Origin: an uncultured Chloroflexia bacterium
Lineage (GTDB): Bacteria; Chloroflexota; Limnocylindria; Limnocylindrales; CSP1-4
DNA length: 64,000 bases
Direction of reading: 5' to 3'
Assembly: GCA_963713975.1 (NCBI GenBank)
Contig: OY970218.1
Coordinates: 1,472,001 to 1,536,000, forward strand
The notes beneath the pieces are model-generated. The model had not been told where the DNA came from and made no database searches. It worked only from the letters and a program-made list of their open reading frames with translations. This document shows positions 22,034 to 31,599 of this stretch, one piece after another. Every line of letters begins with the position of its first letter. The first letter of the stretch is position 1. The translations under genes and the position numbers were made by a program.

Positions 22034-23061
22034 GCCGCGGCTCTCCAGACGGCTCCAAGAAGCGCGACGTAGGCGACGAGGACGACGATCGCGTCGGGCT
22101 CCAGTCGCCGGATTCTTGTCCGGGTGCCGTGCACGACGGCGGCGAGAGCGATCGCCATGAGCAGGATCGCCCCCACGCCTGCCACGGTCTGCGCCGGGTC
22201 GAGGGCGGCGAGGATGGGCCCCTCCACGTAGGCGACATCCGCCGCAAGCAGGATCGCCATGTTGAACGCATTGCTGCCGAACAGGTTGCCGACGGCCAGG
22301 TCGTAGGCCCCGATCCGGATCGCGGCCAGCGAGGCCACGAGCTCCGGGAGCGACGTCGTCACCGCGAGCAGCAGTGCCCCGACGAACGTCTGCCCCACGC
22401 CTGTGGCATCGGCGATCCCCTTGCCCGACAGGGCGAGGAAGGGCGCCGCGACGAGGACGGCAAGAGCCGCGAGGCCGAAGAACGCGAACTCGTGGCGCAG
22501 GCTGTGGCGCGCCTCCGCGGGCTTCGCCCAGCCTGTCGGCGCGAGGATCTCATCACTTCCCTCGCGAGTTCGCCGCCCCTCGCCTCGGGAACGGCTCATC
22601 CACGCGGCCGCCGCGACGTAGGCCACGACGATGAAGATCGTGTCGACGCCCACCCAGCCGATCGCGATCCCGGACGGGACGAGGATCGCCAGCACCGCCA
22701 TCGATGTCAGGCCGATCGCCACCGATGCGAGCCTTGCGTGTCCGATCCCGACTGCCGGCCAGACGCGGCCTCGATGTGCGAGGTCGATGATCGCGAGGAT
22801 CGCCATGTTCGCCATGCTGCTGCCGAACAGGTCGCCGACGGCAAGGTCCGGGGCGCCCTCCAGCGAGGCGCTGACGTCGGTCGCGATCTCCGGCAGCGAT
22901 GTCGCACCGGCCAACAGGAACATGCCGACGAAGAGGCCGCCCAAACCGGTACGCGTCGCGATCTCGTCGCCGGTGCGCGCGAGGGTGGTCCCCGCCGCCA
23001 CGACGACGCCCGCGGCGACCAGGAAGACGGCGGCCCACTGCCACAGCTCAGGCGGGCCCAT
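22030..23061 (-). CDS. CaCA-family sodium/calcium antiporter (YrbG-like)
   Basis: Two alpha-repeats: ATSLPE...GDLFGSSMAN and TTSLPE...GNLFGSNAFN. Confidence 0.9.
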
Positions 23062-23989
23062 CGGCTGCCTCTCCGAGCTCGCGCCGACTTCGCGGAACGA
23101 TGAGGACCGAGGTCGATCCGTACCGGGCGACCTTCCCCGCGAACGGATCCTGACCGCGGTGCCGCGATGGCCGGGCCACGACGACGAGGTCTGCAGCGAG
23201 CTCCCCGGCCGCCCGGAGGGCACCGTCGAGGGGATGGCCGCTCTCGATCTGGACCGACAGCCCTGCAGCCTGTTCGAGGATGGGCTCGGCGAGCCGATCC
23301 AGCGCAGCGACGGCATCACCGCGGACCAGGCTGTGGAGCTCGGAGGCGGTCTCGGGCTCATCGGTGTCAACGCCTGCCGGTGAGCCAAGCAGCCCGAGGA
23401 CGGTAACGTGGGCCCCGATCGCCCAGCCGGATGCGACGATCCACCTGGCTGCCGCGTCGGCTCCGAGCGAGCCGTCGACGAGGAGGAGGATGCTCGCTGG
23501 CAGGGCTCCCTCCTCGGACCGGGGCTGCCGCGCGAGCAGGATGGGCACGCTCGACGCGTCCATCACCTGGTGCGAGACACTGCCGAGCAGCATCTCGGCG
23601 AGGCCCGAGCGTCCCCTCGGACCGAGCACGACAAGATCCGGCTGGTCGAACTCGATCTGGGCGAGGATTTCCTCGGCCGCGTCCCCCTGGCGCGCCCACG
23701 TGCGCACGGTCAGGCCTGCGTGCTGGAGTCGCTCGCCGACCGTGTTGGCGATCCGCTCAGCGGCCAGGCGCTCGCTCTGCCGCATCTCCTCGACCGCCGA
23801 ACGAACGGCGGTCCAGTACGTCTGCATCCCCCAGCCAAGACGGGTGATCCCGTGGCCGGCGACGCAGAGGATGTCGACGCCACATGGGCCTGACCAACGA
23901 AGACGGGAGACCCAGGCCTCCGCGCTCCGGGCGGCCTCCGAGTCGTCGGTGGCGAGGAGTACGCTGAACGGGCGCTGCTCTGCTGTCAT
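23048..23989 (-). CDS. Tandem-domain universal stress protein
   Basis: First domain VLLATDDS and DLVVLGPRGRSG...LLGSVS. Second domain LLVDGS...ADLVVV. RBS GGAGG. Confidence 0.85.
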   Translation of the reverse strand: MTAEQRPFSVLLATDDSEAARSAEAWVSRLRWSGPCGVDILCVAGHGITRLGWGMQTYWTAVRSAVEEMRQSERLAAERIANTVGERLQHAGLTVRTWARQGDAAEEILAQIEFDQPDLVVLGPRGRSGLAEMLLGSVSHQVMDASSVPILLARQPRSEEGALPASILLLVDGSLGADAAARWIVASGWAIGAHVTVLGLLGSPAGVDTDEPETASELHSLVRGDAVAALDRLAEPILEQAAGLSVQIESGHPLDGALRAAGELAADLVVVARPSRHRGQDPFAGKVARYGSTSVLIVPRSRRELGEAADGPA

Positions 23990-24216
23990 GTCAGTCCTCC
24001 ACGGTCCCGAGCATCTCAGGCAGCCAGGGGGTGCGGCAGAGCCATCGATCGCGACCGGAAGGCCCGACCGGCCCCGACCGGCCATGACGGGTCCCCTTCG
24101 TCCTCCGCTGCCTGCCGGCCGGCCGCCGATGCAGCGTCCGGCATGCCCGGTGGTCCGCGGTAGAGTCAGTCCGGGCCCGACGTGCGATCGCATGTCCGGA
24201 CAGCAAGGAGGGGCCG

Positions 24217-25086
24217 GTGGTCGAGCTCCGGGCGGACTGCGCCCGCTGTGCTGGCCTGTGCTGCGTCGCGCTCACCTTTGCCAGGTCGGCGGACTTCGCC
24301 ATCGACAAGCCTGCCGGAGAGGCGTGCCCGCACCTGGCACCGGGCTTCGGATGCACGATCCACGCCCGGCTCCGTGACGAGGGCATGCCGGGCTGTGTGG
24401 CCTACGACTGCTTCGGGGCCGGGCAGCACCTGACGCAGGTGACGTTCGCAGGCGTCGACTGGCGGTCGTCTCCCGGGACGGCCGGCGCGATGTTCGACGC
24501 GTTCGCGATCATGCGCCAGCTCCACGAGCTCCTGTGGTACCTGGACGAGGCCCTGCGGCTGGCACCCGCCCGACCACTGCATCCGGAGCTGCGCGCGATC
24601 CGGGACGGCATCGAGACCCTCACGGAGCTGCCCGCCGAGAGCCTGATGGTTGTCGACGTCACGGCGACGCGCGAGGAGACGGGCGCGCTCCTGGGGAGGG
24701 CGAGCGACCTCGCCCGCGCCGGAGCCGTCTCCCGGGCTGGCCCGGACGTACGGAAGCGGCGCGGTCCCATCGACCGGCGCGGTGCCGATCTCGCGGGTGC
24801 CGACCTCCGGGGAGCGGATCTGCGGGGCGTCAACCTCCGAGGGGCGGTGCTGATCGGGGCGGACCTCCGGAGGGCGGACCTGAGGCTGGTCGACCTCGCG
24901 GGCGCCGACCTGCGAGGGGCGGACGTGTCCCAGGCCGACCTCCGCGAAAGCCTGTTCCTGACTGGTTCGCAGCTGGAGAGCATGCGCGGCGACCTGGTCA
25001 CGCGCCTCTCGCCAACGCGGATCCGGCCCGCCCACTGGCACACGCCTGCCCAAGGGCCACCGGCGGTCCGGGCGGGGGGCAATTGA
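24217..25086 (+). CDS. Pentapeptide-repeat protein with N-terminal cysteine cluster
   Basis: CARCAGLCC...C...CTIH...GCVAYDC, followed by A(D/N)LRG repeats. Confidence 0.88.
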   Translation: MVELRADCARCAGLCCVALTFARSADFAIDKPAGEACPHLAPGFGCTIHARLRDEGMPGCVAYDCFGAGQHLTQVTFAGVDWRSSPGTAGAMFDAFAIMRQLHELLWYLDEALRLAPARPLHPELRAIRDGIETLTELPAESLMVVDVTATREETGALLGRASDLARAGAVSRAGPDVRKRRGPIDRRGADLAGADLRGADLRGVNLRGAVLIGADLRRADLRLVDLAGADLRGADVSQADLRESLFLTGSQLESMRGDLVTRLSPTRIRPAHWHTPAQGPPAVRAGGN

Positions 25087-25135
25087 CCCCCCGTTCCTGT
25101 CACACTATCGACCACGCCACTTGAGGGATCGAACG

Positions 25136-25831
25136 ATGTCCATTGCGCAGGGCCTGATCGCCAACGAGACCGTGGTTCAGGAGTCGAGGAAGCACTGGAT
25201 CGCGCCCCTGCGAGACTCGCTGTGGGCCGTGGGCATGATCGTCCTGGGGCTCCTGCTCTGGGTGTGGAATCCGAGCGGTGACGGCATCCTGGGCTTCCTG
25301 TGGACGCTGATCGCCCTCCTCCGCTGGGGGCTGCTCATCGCCGGCATCGCGTGGATCATCTACAACATCGTCACCTGGCGGACCGCGCAGTTTGCCGTCA
25401 CCAACCTTCGGGTCCTGCGCTACGAGGGCCTGATCCAGCGCCGGTCATCTGAGACGCTGCTGGCATCGGTGAGTGACGTCAAGCTCAACGTCGGCTTCCT
25501 CGGCGCCCGTCTCGGCTATGGGGATCTCCGCGTCTTCACCCAGTCGGGTGATGCCGGAGCCGACGACTTCTCGTCGATCGTTGATGCGGCCGGGTTCCGC
25601 AACGCGATGATGACGATCAAGCTCAAGGCGCAGGACGTGTCCGCGGCTCCCCCAGCCCCGGCTCCTGCAGCCCCAGCCCCGGCTCCCGCGGCCGCACCCG
25701 ACCAGGCTGCCGGGGCAGCCACCGAGGATCCGGCGGCCACGCTGGTGCGCCTGGCGGAGCTGCGCGACCAGGGCATCCTGTCGCCCGAGGAGTTCGAGAC
25801 CAAGAAGGCCGAGATCCTCGCCCGCATGTAG
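25136..25831 (+). CDS. Membrane bPH_2 (PH-domain) protein with C-terminal SHOCT domain
   Basis: Two TM helices, VTNLRV...GYGDL.V, a Pro/Ala linker, then LAELRDQGILSPEEFETKKAEIL. Confidence 0.85.
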   Translation: MSIAQGLIANETVVQESRKHWIAPLRDSLWAVGMIVLGLLLWVWNPSGDGILGFLWTLIALLRWGLLIAGIAWIIYNIVTWRTAQFAVTNLRVLRYEGLIQRRSSETLLASVSDVKLNVGFLGARLGYGDLRVFTQSGDAGADDFSSIVDAAGFRNAMMTIKLKAQDVSAAPPAPAPAAPAPAPAAAPDQAAGAATEDPAATLVRLAELRDQGILSPEEFETKKAEILARM

Positions 25832-25892
25832 TCGAGTCTGGACCGGGCCGGTCGCAGGCGATCACGGCCGGCGCCCTCCTGGGGGCCGAGGG

Positions 25893-26924
25893 CTACCCCT
25901 CCTTCTTGCGCCGCTTCCGGTCGCGCTTCCTGCGCCGCTTCTTGCCGTCCTTCTTGCCGTCCTTCTGGCCGGGCTCGGCTGGCGGGGTCGGCTGGCCTGC
26001 AGGGGTGGCGTTCTTGGCCGAGCTGGCACTCACCTCCGCGACCAGCTCCGCGCGGGCCTCAAGCAGCTCGGCGCGAGCATCGTCGCTGGGCACGGGGTAC
26101 TGCGGATCGATGTCGATCAGCGCATCCGCGATGACCGCCGCCGCCGCGATCCGGGCGAACCACTTGTTGTCGGCCGGGATCACGTACCACGGTGCCGCGG
26201 TCGTGCTGGAACGGGCCAGGACGTCGCTGAACGCCGCCTGGTAGTCGTCCCACCGGGCTCGCTCGCGGACGTCGGCGGCGCTGAACTTCCAGTTCTTGTC
26301 GGGCTCGTCGATCCGGGCCAGGAATTGCTGCCGCTGCTCCTCCTTGGAGAGGTTGAGAAACAGCTTGACGATCCGGAATCCCTGGTCGACGAGATAGGAC
26401 TCCCAGTCGTTGATCTGCCGGAAGCGCCGCGTCCAGATCCCGTTGTCCTTCCGGTCCGGGGGGAGCTTCTGCCAGGCCAGGATCTCCGGGTGGACCCGGA
26501 CCACGAGCAGCTCCTCGTAGTAGGACCGGTTGAAGATGCCGATCATCCCGCGCGCGGGGAGCGCCTTCGCGGAGCGCCACAGGAAGTCGTGGTCCATCTC
26601 CTCCGCCGAGGGAACCTTGAAGCTCGTGACCTGGACGCCCTGCGGGTCCACGCCGCTCATCACGTGCCGGATCGTGCCGTCCTTGCCGGCCGCGTCGATG
26701 GCCTGGATGATCACCAGCAGGCCGTAGGTATCCTGCGCCGCGAGGCGGGCCTGGTACTCGCTGAGGAGCTCGATCCCCTGCGCCAGGACCTTGTCCGCGT
26801 TCTTCGACTTGACGCCCGGTGTTGCCCGGGGGTCGTAGTCCTTGCGCAGCCTGACCCTCTGTCCAGGCTCCACGCGGAACTGGTTCGCGAACTCCCGGAT
26901 ATGGTCCCTGTCCAGGTCAGCCAT
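25893..26924 (-). CDS. ppk2: Polyphosphate kinase 2 (class III-like)
   Basis: Motifs QAIDAAGKDGTIRHV, FNRSYYEELL, KNWKFS..D and APWYVIPADNKW. Basic C-terminal tail. Confidence 0.93.
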   Translation of the reverse strand: MADLDRDHIREFANQFRVEPGQRVRLRKDYDPRATPGVKSKNADKVLAQGIELLSEYQARLAAQDTYGLLVIIQAIDAAGKDGTIRHVMSGVDPQGVQVTSFKVPSAEEMDHDFLWRSAKALPARGMIGIFNRSYYEELLVVRVHPEILAWQKLPPDRKDNGIWTRRFRQINDWESYLVDQGFRIVKLFLNLSKEEQRQQFLARIDEPDKNWKFSAADVRERARWDDYQAAFSDVLARSSTTAAPWYVIPADNKWFARIAAAAVIADALIDIDPQYPVPSDDARAELLEARAELVAEVSASSAKNATPAGQPTPPAEPGQKDGKKDGKKRRRKRDRKRRKKEG

Positions 26925-27186
26925 CGGCTCGTCCCCTTTCGCTGATCGCCGCGTCCATCATCGCGCGTGCGCGGCGCGGCGTCGAACCCGTGTTTCGCCT
27001 GAACCGGATGAGGCCTGAGGCCCGATCCCGGCGGATGACCGATACTGGGCCAGCCATCGGGGTGTCGAGCCCTGGGCCGGATGCGATCCAGGCCGTGCCC
27101 GACTACCGCGGACGGCATTGCGGCCTCACTGCCAGAGGCGGCCGGCCACGCCGGCCAACATCACCCAGGACCAGAGGAGTCAACGG

Positions 27187-27813
27187 ATGACCGACGAGAA
27201 GACAACCCCGGCAGAGGCGACCGACGACGTCGTCGTCGTCGCGGCACAGGTCTCGGACGACCAGGGCGTGCTCGCCGAGGGCGCAATCGCCGTCGAGGGC
27301 AACAACGCCCTCATCGTCGCCAGGTTCGCCGATCCCGCCGCCGCCGCGACCGTCTACGACCGGCTTCGCCAGGGGGAGGCCGACGGCGCCTTCGAGATCG
27401 ACGGCGTGCTCGTCGTCAAGGCGGACGACAAGGGCCAGATCCACATCCAGAAGATGACCGAGCACAGCACCCGCAAGGGCCTGAAGTGGGGCATCGTCGG
27501 TGGTGTCGTCGCCGGGATCTTCCTGCCGGCGACCATCGTGGCCGGCGCGGTCGCCCTGGGCGTCGCGGGAGCCGCGGCCGGCAAGGCGCGCAACCTCTAC
27601 CACCGGGTCGAGGTCGAGAAGGCGCTGACCGACACGATCACCCCCGGGACGTCCGGGATCCTCGCACTCGTGACCGCACCGGCCGCCGAGGCCGTCACGA
27701 AGGAGATGGCGGAGGCCCAGGAGGTCAAGACCATCCCCGTGGACGGCGCAACCGCCGACGCGGTCAAGGCTGCGGCCACCGCCGCGGAGGGCAACGCTCC
27801 CGCCGCCGAGTAG
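27187..27813 (+). CDS. DUF1269-like membrane protein
   Basis: Acidic N-terminal domain, a Gly-rich hydrophobic hairpin (GIVGGVVAGIF...GAAAG) and PGTSGILALV. RBS GAGGAG. Confidence 0.75.
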   Translation: MTDEKTTPAEATDDVVVVAAQVSDDQGVLAEGAIAVEGNNALIVARFADPAAAATVYDRLRQGEADGAFEIDGVLVVKADDKGQIHIQKMTEHSTRKGLKWGIVGGVVAGIFLPATIVAGAVALGVAGAAAGKARNLYHRVEVEKALTDTITPGTSGILALVTAPAAEAVTKEMAEAQEVKTIPVDGATADAVKAAATAAEGNAPAAE

Positions 27814-27879
27814 CGGCCTGCCCTTTCGGGGCTCGACAGATCGACGATGCCGGCGCCGCGAGGCGTCGGCATCGCTCGT

Positions 27880-29583
27880 TCACGGCACGGGCGGGTGGCC
27901 GGGCTTTGGGAGGCCCTTGAGCTGGCGATACGCCTTGACCGCCGTGCCGACGGTCGGGTAGAAGGCATCGCGATCAGCGAGCCACTCCAGCCCGTAGTCC
28001 TGGATCTCCTGGCGCACGGCGTCCTTCATCCCCGCGAAGACGAGGTTGATGCCCATGGTCTCGAGCTCCTGGTCCAGCGTTTCCAGCATCTCGCCGGCGG
28101 TGGTGTCGAGGGCGGTGATGGGCTCGGCGGCGATGATGATCCAGGCCGGCGGGGGATCGGCCAGGGCCAGGTGCCGGATCTCGGCCCGGAAGATGTTCGC
28201 GTTGGCGAAGATGAGCGGTCCGTCGAAGCGGTAGATCTCCAGGCCGGGGATCTGCTCCGCGCCGGGGTACATCCGGGTGTCGTGGTAGCCCGGCACGCCG
28301 GGCACGTCCACGAGCGTGGTCCGGTAGGGGTTCCACGCCTGCCGGAAGACCCACAGGATGGACAGGGTCACAGCAACCGCAATGCCCGGCAGGATGCCGA
28401 GGAGTGCCACGCCGAGGAAGGCCGCGAAGGCGAGGCCGAACTCCGTCCTGCGCTGGCGCCACAGCCGGCGCATGGCCGGGATATCCGCGAGCGAGATCGA
28501 CGCGACGATCACGACGGCCGCCAGCGTCGGCTGGGGGAGCCACTGCATCAGCCCGGGCAGGAACACGAGCATCACCAGGATCACGGCGGCCCCGACCAGG
28601 CCGGTTAGCTGCGACTTCGACCCTGCCCGCTCCGCCACTGCGGTTCGAGACCCGCTGGTGCTGATCGGGAACCCCGTGAACAGGCCGGCCGCGATGTTGG
28701 CCGTGCCGATCCCGACCATCTCCTGGTTTGCCCGCACCTCCTGTCCGCTCCGCCCGGCGAAGATCGACGACACGGAGATCGTGTCGGCGAGCGAGACCAC
28801 GGCGATGCCCACGGCACCCGCGAGCAGGAGCGGGAAGTCGCCCAGGCCCACCCTCGGGATGGTGAACGGGGGCAGGCCGCTGGGCAGCACCCCCACGAGG
28901 CTGACCCCGCGAGCGGCGAGGTCGAGCACGTATACCAGCACCATGGCCGCCACCACGGCCACCAGCACGGCCGGCACCTTCGGGAGGACGCGCCCGAGGA
29001 TCATCATCACCAGGACACTGAACAGCCCGATGCCCATCGCCGCGGGGACGGCCTCGCCGTTGGCGACTCCCTGGACGAACGCCTGCGTCTCCGCGATGAG
29101 GTTCTCAGCGTCCGTCGAGAAGCCGAACAGCTTGGGCAGCTGGCCCACGAAGATCGTCAGCGCCAGCCCGTTCATGTAGCCGATCTGCGTCGGCTTGGAC
29201 AGCAGGTCCGCGATGAAGCCCAGCCCGGCGCGGGCCCCGATCAGCATGAACGCCCCCACCATCAGCGCGAGCACGGAGGCGTAGGCGATGGCCGTGGAGG
29301 GATCGCCGTTGGCGGCCGCGAGTGGCAGGACCGTGGCGGCGATCATCCCGCCCAGCGCTGAGTCCGGGCCCAGGACCAGGATCCGCGATGGACCGAACAC
29401 CGCGTAGGCGATCAGGCACAGGACGGACGTGTAGAGGCCGGTGATCGCCGGCAGTCCGGCGAGCTCCGCATACGCCATCCCCTGCGGGACGAGCAGGCTC
29501 GCCAGCACCAGCCCCGCAACGATGTCCTTCGAGGGCCACGCGGCCTGGTAGGTCCGAAGGGTCTGCAGGCCAGGGATCAGCAT
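27880..29583 (-). CDS. SulP/SLC26 anion permease with STAS domain (copy 1)
   Basis: Motifs DIVAGL...VPQGMAYAELAGLP..GLY, SGSRTAV and STAS RFDGPLIFANA...LDTTA. Confidence 0.93.
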   Translation of the reverse strand: MLIPGLQTLRTYQAAWPSKDIVAGLVLASLLVPQGMAYAELAGLPAITGLYTSVLCLIAYAVFGPSRILVLGPDSALGGMIAATVLPLAAANGDPSTAIAYASVLALMVGAFMLIGARAGLGFIADLLSKPTQIGYMNGLALTIFVGQLPKLFGFSTDAENLIAETQAFVQGVANGEAVPAAMGIGLFSVLVMMILGRVLPKVPAVLVAVVAAMVLVYVLDLAARGVSLVGVLPSGLPPFTIPRVGLGDFPLLLAGAVGIAVVSLADTISVSSIFAGRSGQEVRANQEMVGIGTANIAAGLFTGFPISTSGSRTAVAERAGSKSQLTGLVGAAVILVMLVFLPGLMQWLPQPTLAAVVIVASISLADIPAMRRLWRQRRTEFGLAFAAFLGVALLGILPGIAVAVTLSILWVFRQAWNPYRTTLVDVPGVPGYHDTRMYPGAEQIPGLEIYRFDGPLIFANANIFRAEIRHLALADPPPAWIIIAAEPITALDTTAGEMLETLDQELETMGINLVFAGMKDAVRQEIQDYGLEWLADRDAFYPTVGTAVKAYRQLKGLPKPGHPPVP

Positions 29584-29630
29584 CCCGGGAGCATAGCCAA
29601 GCCCGGGGCACGAGGTGTGGCCGGGATGGC

Positions 29631-31451
29631 CTACTCCACGGGCGGGTCCGGTTCGGGCGCGGGCGGGTCCGGTTCGGGCGCGGGCGGGTCCGGTTCGGGC
29701 GCGCGTGTGGTCGCCGCATCCGGTGGCCAGCGCTGCTGGAAGTCGGTCACCGCCGAGCCGATGGAGCGGTAGACGCGATCCTCGCCAAGCTCCGCCATCA
29801 CCCCCGTCCTGCGCAGCCGATCCCGCACCGGGCCCTTGACCTGGGCCAGCAGGACCTCGATCGATCGGGCATGGAGGTCCCTGATCATCGTCATCAGCAT
29901 GTCGGCGGTCGTCACGTCAAGATCGGCCGTGGCAGCCAGGTCGAGCAGGACGCCACGCGGCTCCGGTTGCCGGGCCGCCACGAGCTCTAGGATCTGTGCC
30001 TTCGCGACGTTCGCGTTGAAGAAGTAGAGGGGTGCATCCAGGCGAACGATGACCAGGCGCTGGATCCGCTCCGCATCCGGGTGGCGGGCGAGGTCACCGA
30101 AGGTCTCCTGGTGGCCGGGCATCCGGCCCAGCGCCGCAACGTACGGCCGGCTCGCCTTGTACAGGACGAACGCGACCGACAGCATGACGGCCACCAGCAT
30201 CCCGGTCAGCACGGTTGTGAGCAGCACGCCGAGCATCGCGGCCATGGCGATCAGGAAGTCGGTCCGCCGCCAGGCCCAGTAGCGGCGCATCTCGCCGACG
30301 TCCATCAGGCCCAGGCTGGCCGCGATCACGATCGCGCCGAGGACCGCGTTCGGGAGGTTCTGGAACAGCGGTGCCAGCACCATCGCCGTGGCCAGGACCA
30401 GGCCGGCGGTGACCAGCGACGAGAGCTGGGACTTCGCGCCCGATGCCTCCGCGGTGGCCGTCTGGGACAGGCTCGCGTCGGCCGTGAAGCCACCGAACAC
30501 GCCCGAGGAGAGGTTGGCAGCACCGAGCGCCAGCATCTCCTGGTCGGGGTCAATCTCGTAGTGATGCCGCGTGGCATAGGAGCGGCCTCCGCCCACGGAC
30601 TCGCCCACGGCGAGGAACACGATCCCCGCCGCACCGAGGGCGAGGTACGGGAGTGACGCCAGGGGCACGGACGGCATCGACGGGAGCGGCACCCCGGTCG
30701 CGACCTCACCCACCACGCTGACGCCGTATGCCTGGAGGCCCAGCAGGGAAACGGCCAGGATGCCCAGGACGAGCGCGATCAGAGGCCCGGGGATCTTCCG
30801 TGAGACGCGGCGCAGGACAAGGATCAGGACCAGGGCAAAGAGCCCCACAGCCAGCGTGTAGGGGTTCGTGGCGGGGATCTCCGCGACCAGCTGGGCGATC
30901 TGCTCGGGCAGCGTGCCGCTCAGGCTGGGGGTACCGAGGAGCTTGGGGATCTGGCCGATGACGATCGAGATCGCCAGCCCGAAGATGAACCCCGTCACCA
31001 CGGACTTGGTCAGGAAATCCGAGATGAAGCCGAGCTTCGCGATGCCGGCTGCGACCAGCATTCCTCCGACCACCAGCGCGAGGGCGGCCGTCATCGCGAG
31101 GTAGGTCGCAGCGTCGCCTCCGGCGAGATCGGCGACCACCGAGGCGGACATGATGGCCATCGTGGAGCTGACCGTGACCTTGAGGTGACGGCTTGAGCCG
31201 AACACGGCGTACGCCGCCAGCGCGGTGAAGGCGGTCACGAGCCCGAGCTCGGGTGGCACCCCGGCGAGGCCCGCGTACGCGAGGGCGACCGGGACCATCA
31301 CGCCCCACGACGTGACGGCCGCCACCAGGTCGGGTCGAAGCCACTTGCGGGGGTAGGCGGGCAGCCACGTGGTGATCGGCACGTACCGGGCGGCCAGCTC
31401 CGACACGACCGCGGGGAACGCTATACGGGGTGCTGGCTCACCGGACGACAA
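29631..31451 (-). CDS. SulP/SLC26 anion permease with STAS domain (copy 2)
   Basis: Motifs VPVALAYAGLAGVPPELGL, DPDQEMLALG and STAS RLDAPLYFFNA...DLDVTTA. Confidence 0.92.
   Translation of the reverse strand: MSSGEPAPRIAFPAVVSELAARYVPITTWLPAYPRKWLRPDLVAAVTSWGVMVPVALAYAGLAGVPPELGLVTAFTALAAYAVFGSSRHLKVTVSSTMAIMSASVVADLAGGDAATYLAMTAALALVVGGMLVAAGIAKLGFISDFLTKSVVTGFIFGLAISIVIGQIPKLLGTPSLSGTLPEQIAQLVAEIPATNPYTLAVGLFALVLILVLRRVSRKIPGPLIALVLGILAVSLLGLQAYGVSVVGEVATGVPLPSMPSVPLASLPYLALGAAGIVFLAVGESVGGGRSYATRHHYEIDPDQEMLALGAANLSSGVFGGFTADASLSQTATAEASGAKSQLSSLVTAGLVLATAMVLAPLFQNLPNAVLGAIVIAASLGLMDVGEMRRYWAWRRTDFLIAMAAMLGVLLTTVLTGMLVAVMLSVAFVLYKASRPYVAALGRMPGHQETFGDLARHPDAERIQRLVIVRLDAPLYFFNANVAKAQILELVAARQPEPRGVLLDLAATADLDVTTADMLMTMIRDLHARSIEVLLAQVKGPVRDRLRRTGVMAELGEDRVYRSIGSAVTDFQQRWPPDAATTRAPEPDPPAPEPDPPAPEPDPPVE
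29641..29703. repeat. Perfect 21-bp tandem repeat x3 encoding (APEPDPP)3 in the SulP tail
   Basis: GGCGGGTCCGGTTCGGGCGCG at 29641, 29662 and 29683. Confidence 0.95.
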
Positions 31452-31599
31452 CGACGATCCTCTCCCTGGCAGGGCCTGGCTGCGACCTCACCCGGCGCAG
31501 GGTACGCCACGCCAGGCGGGCAGGGCCGGGTACGCTGGCAGCCGTGCGGCCGTGCTGGATGCTGCACGTTGGCCAGCAGGACGCGCAGGGAGGACCGAC

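Noticed and set aside
23990-24216. yybP-ykoY riboswitch or DosR-like boxes upstream of the USP/Ca-transport operon
   Set aside because: The consensus elements could not be matched; only weak GC-rich similarity.
26995-31504. Shared TCACCCG-N3-CGGGTGA-like boxes at 26995-27011 and 31488-31504
   Set aside because: Too degenerate to distinguish from chance in high-GC DNA.
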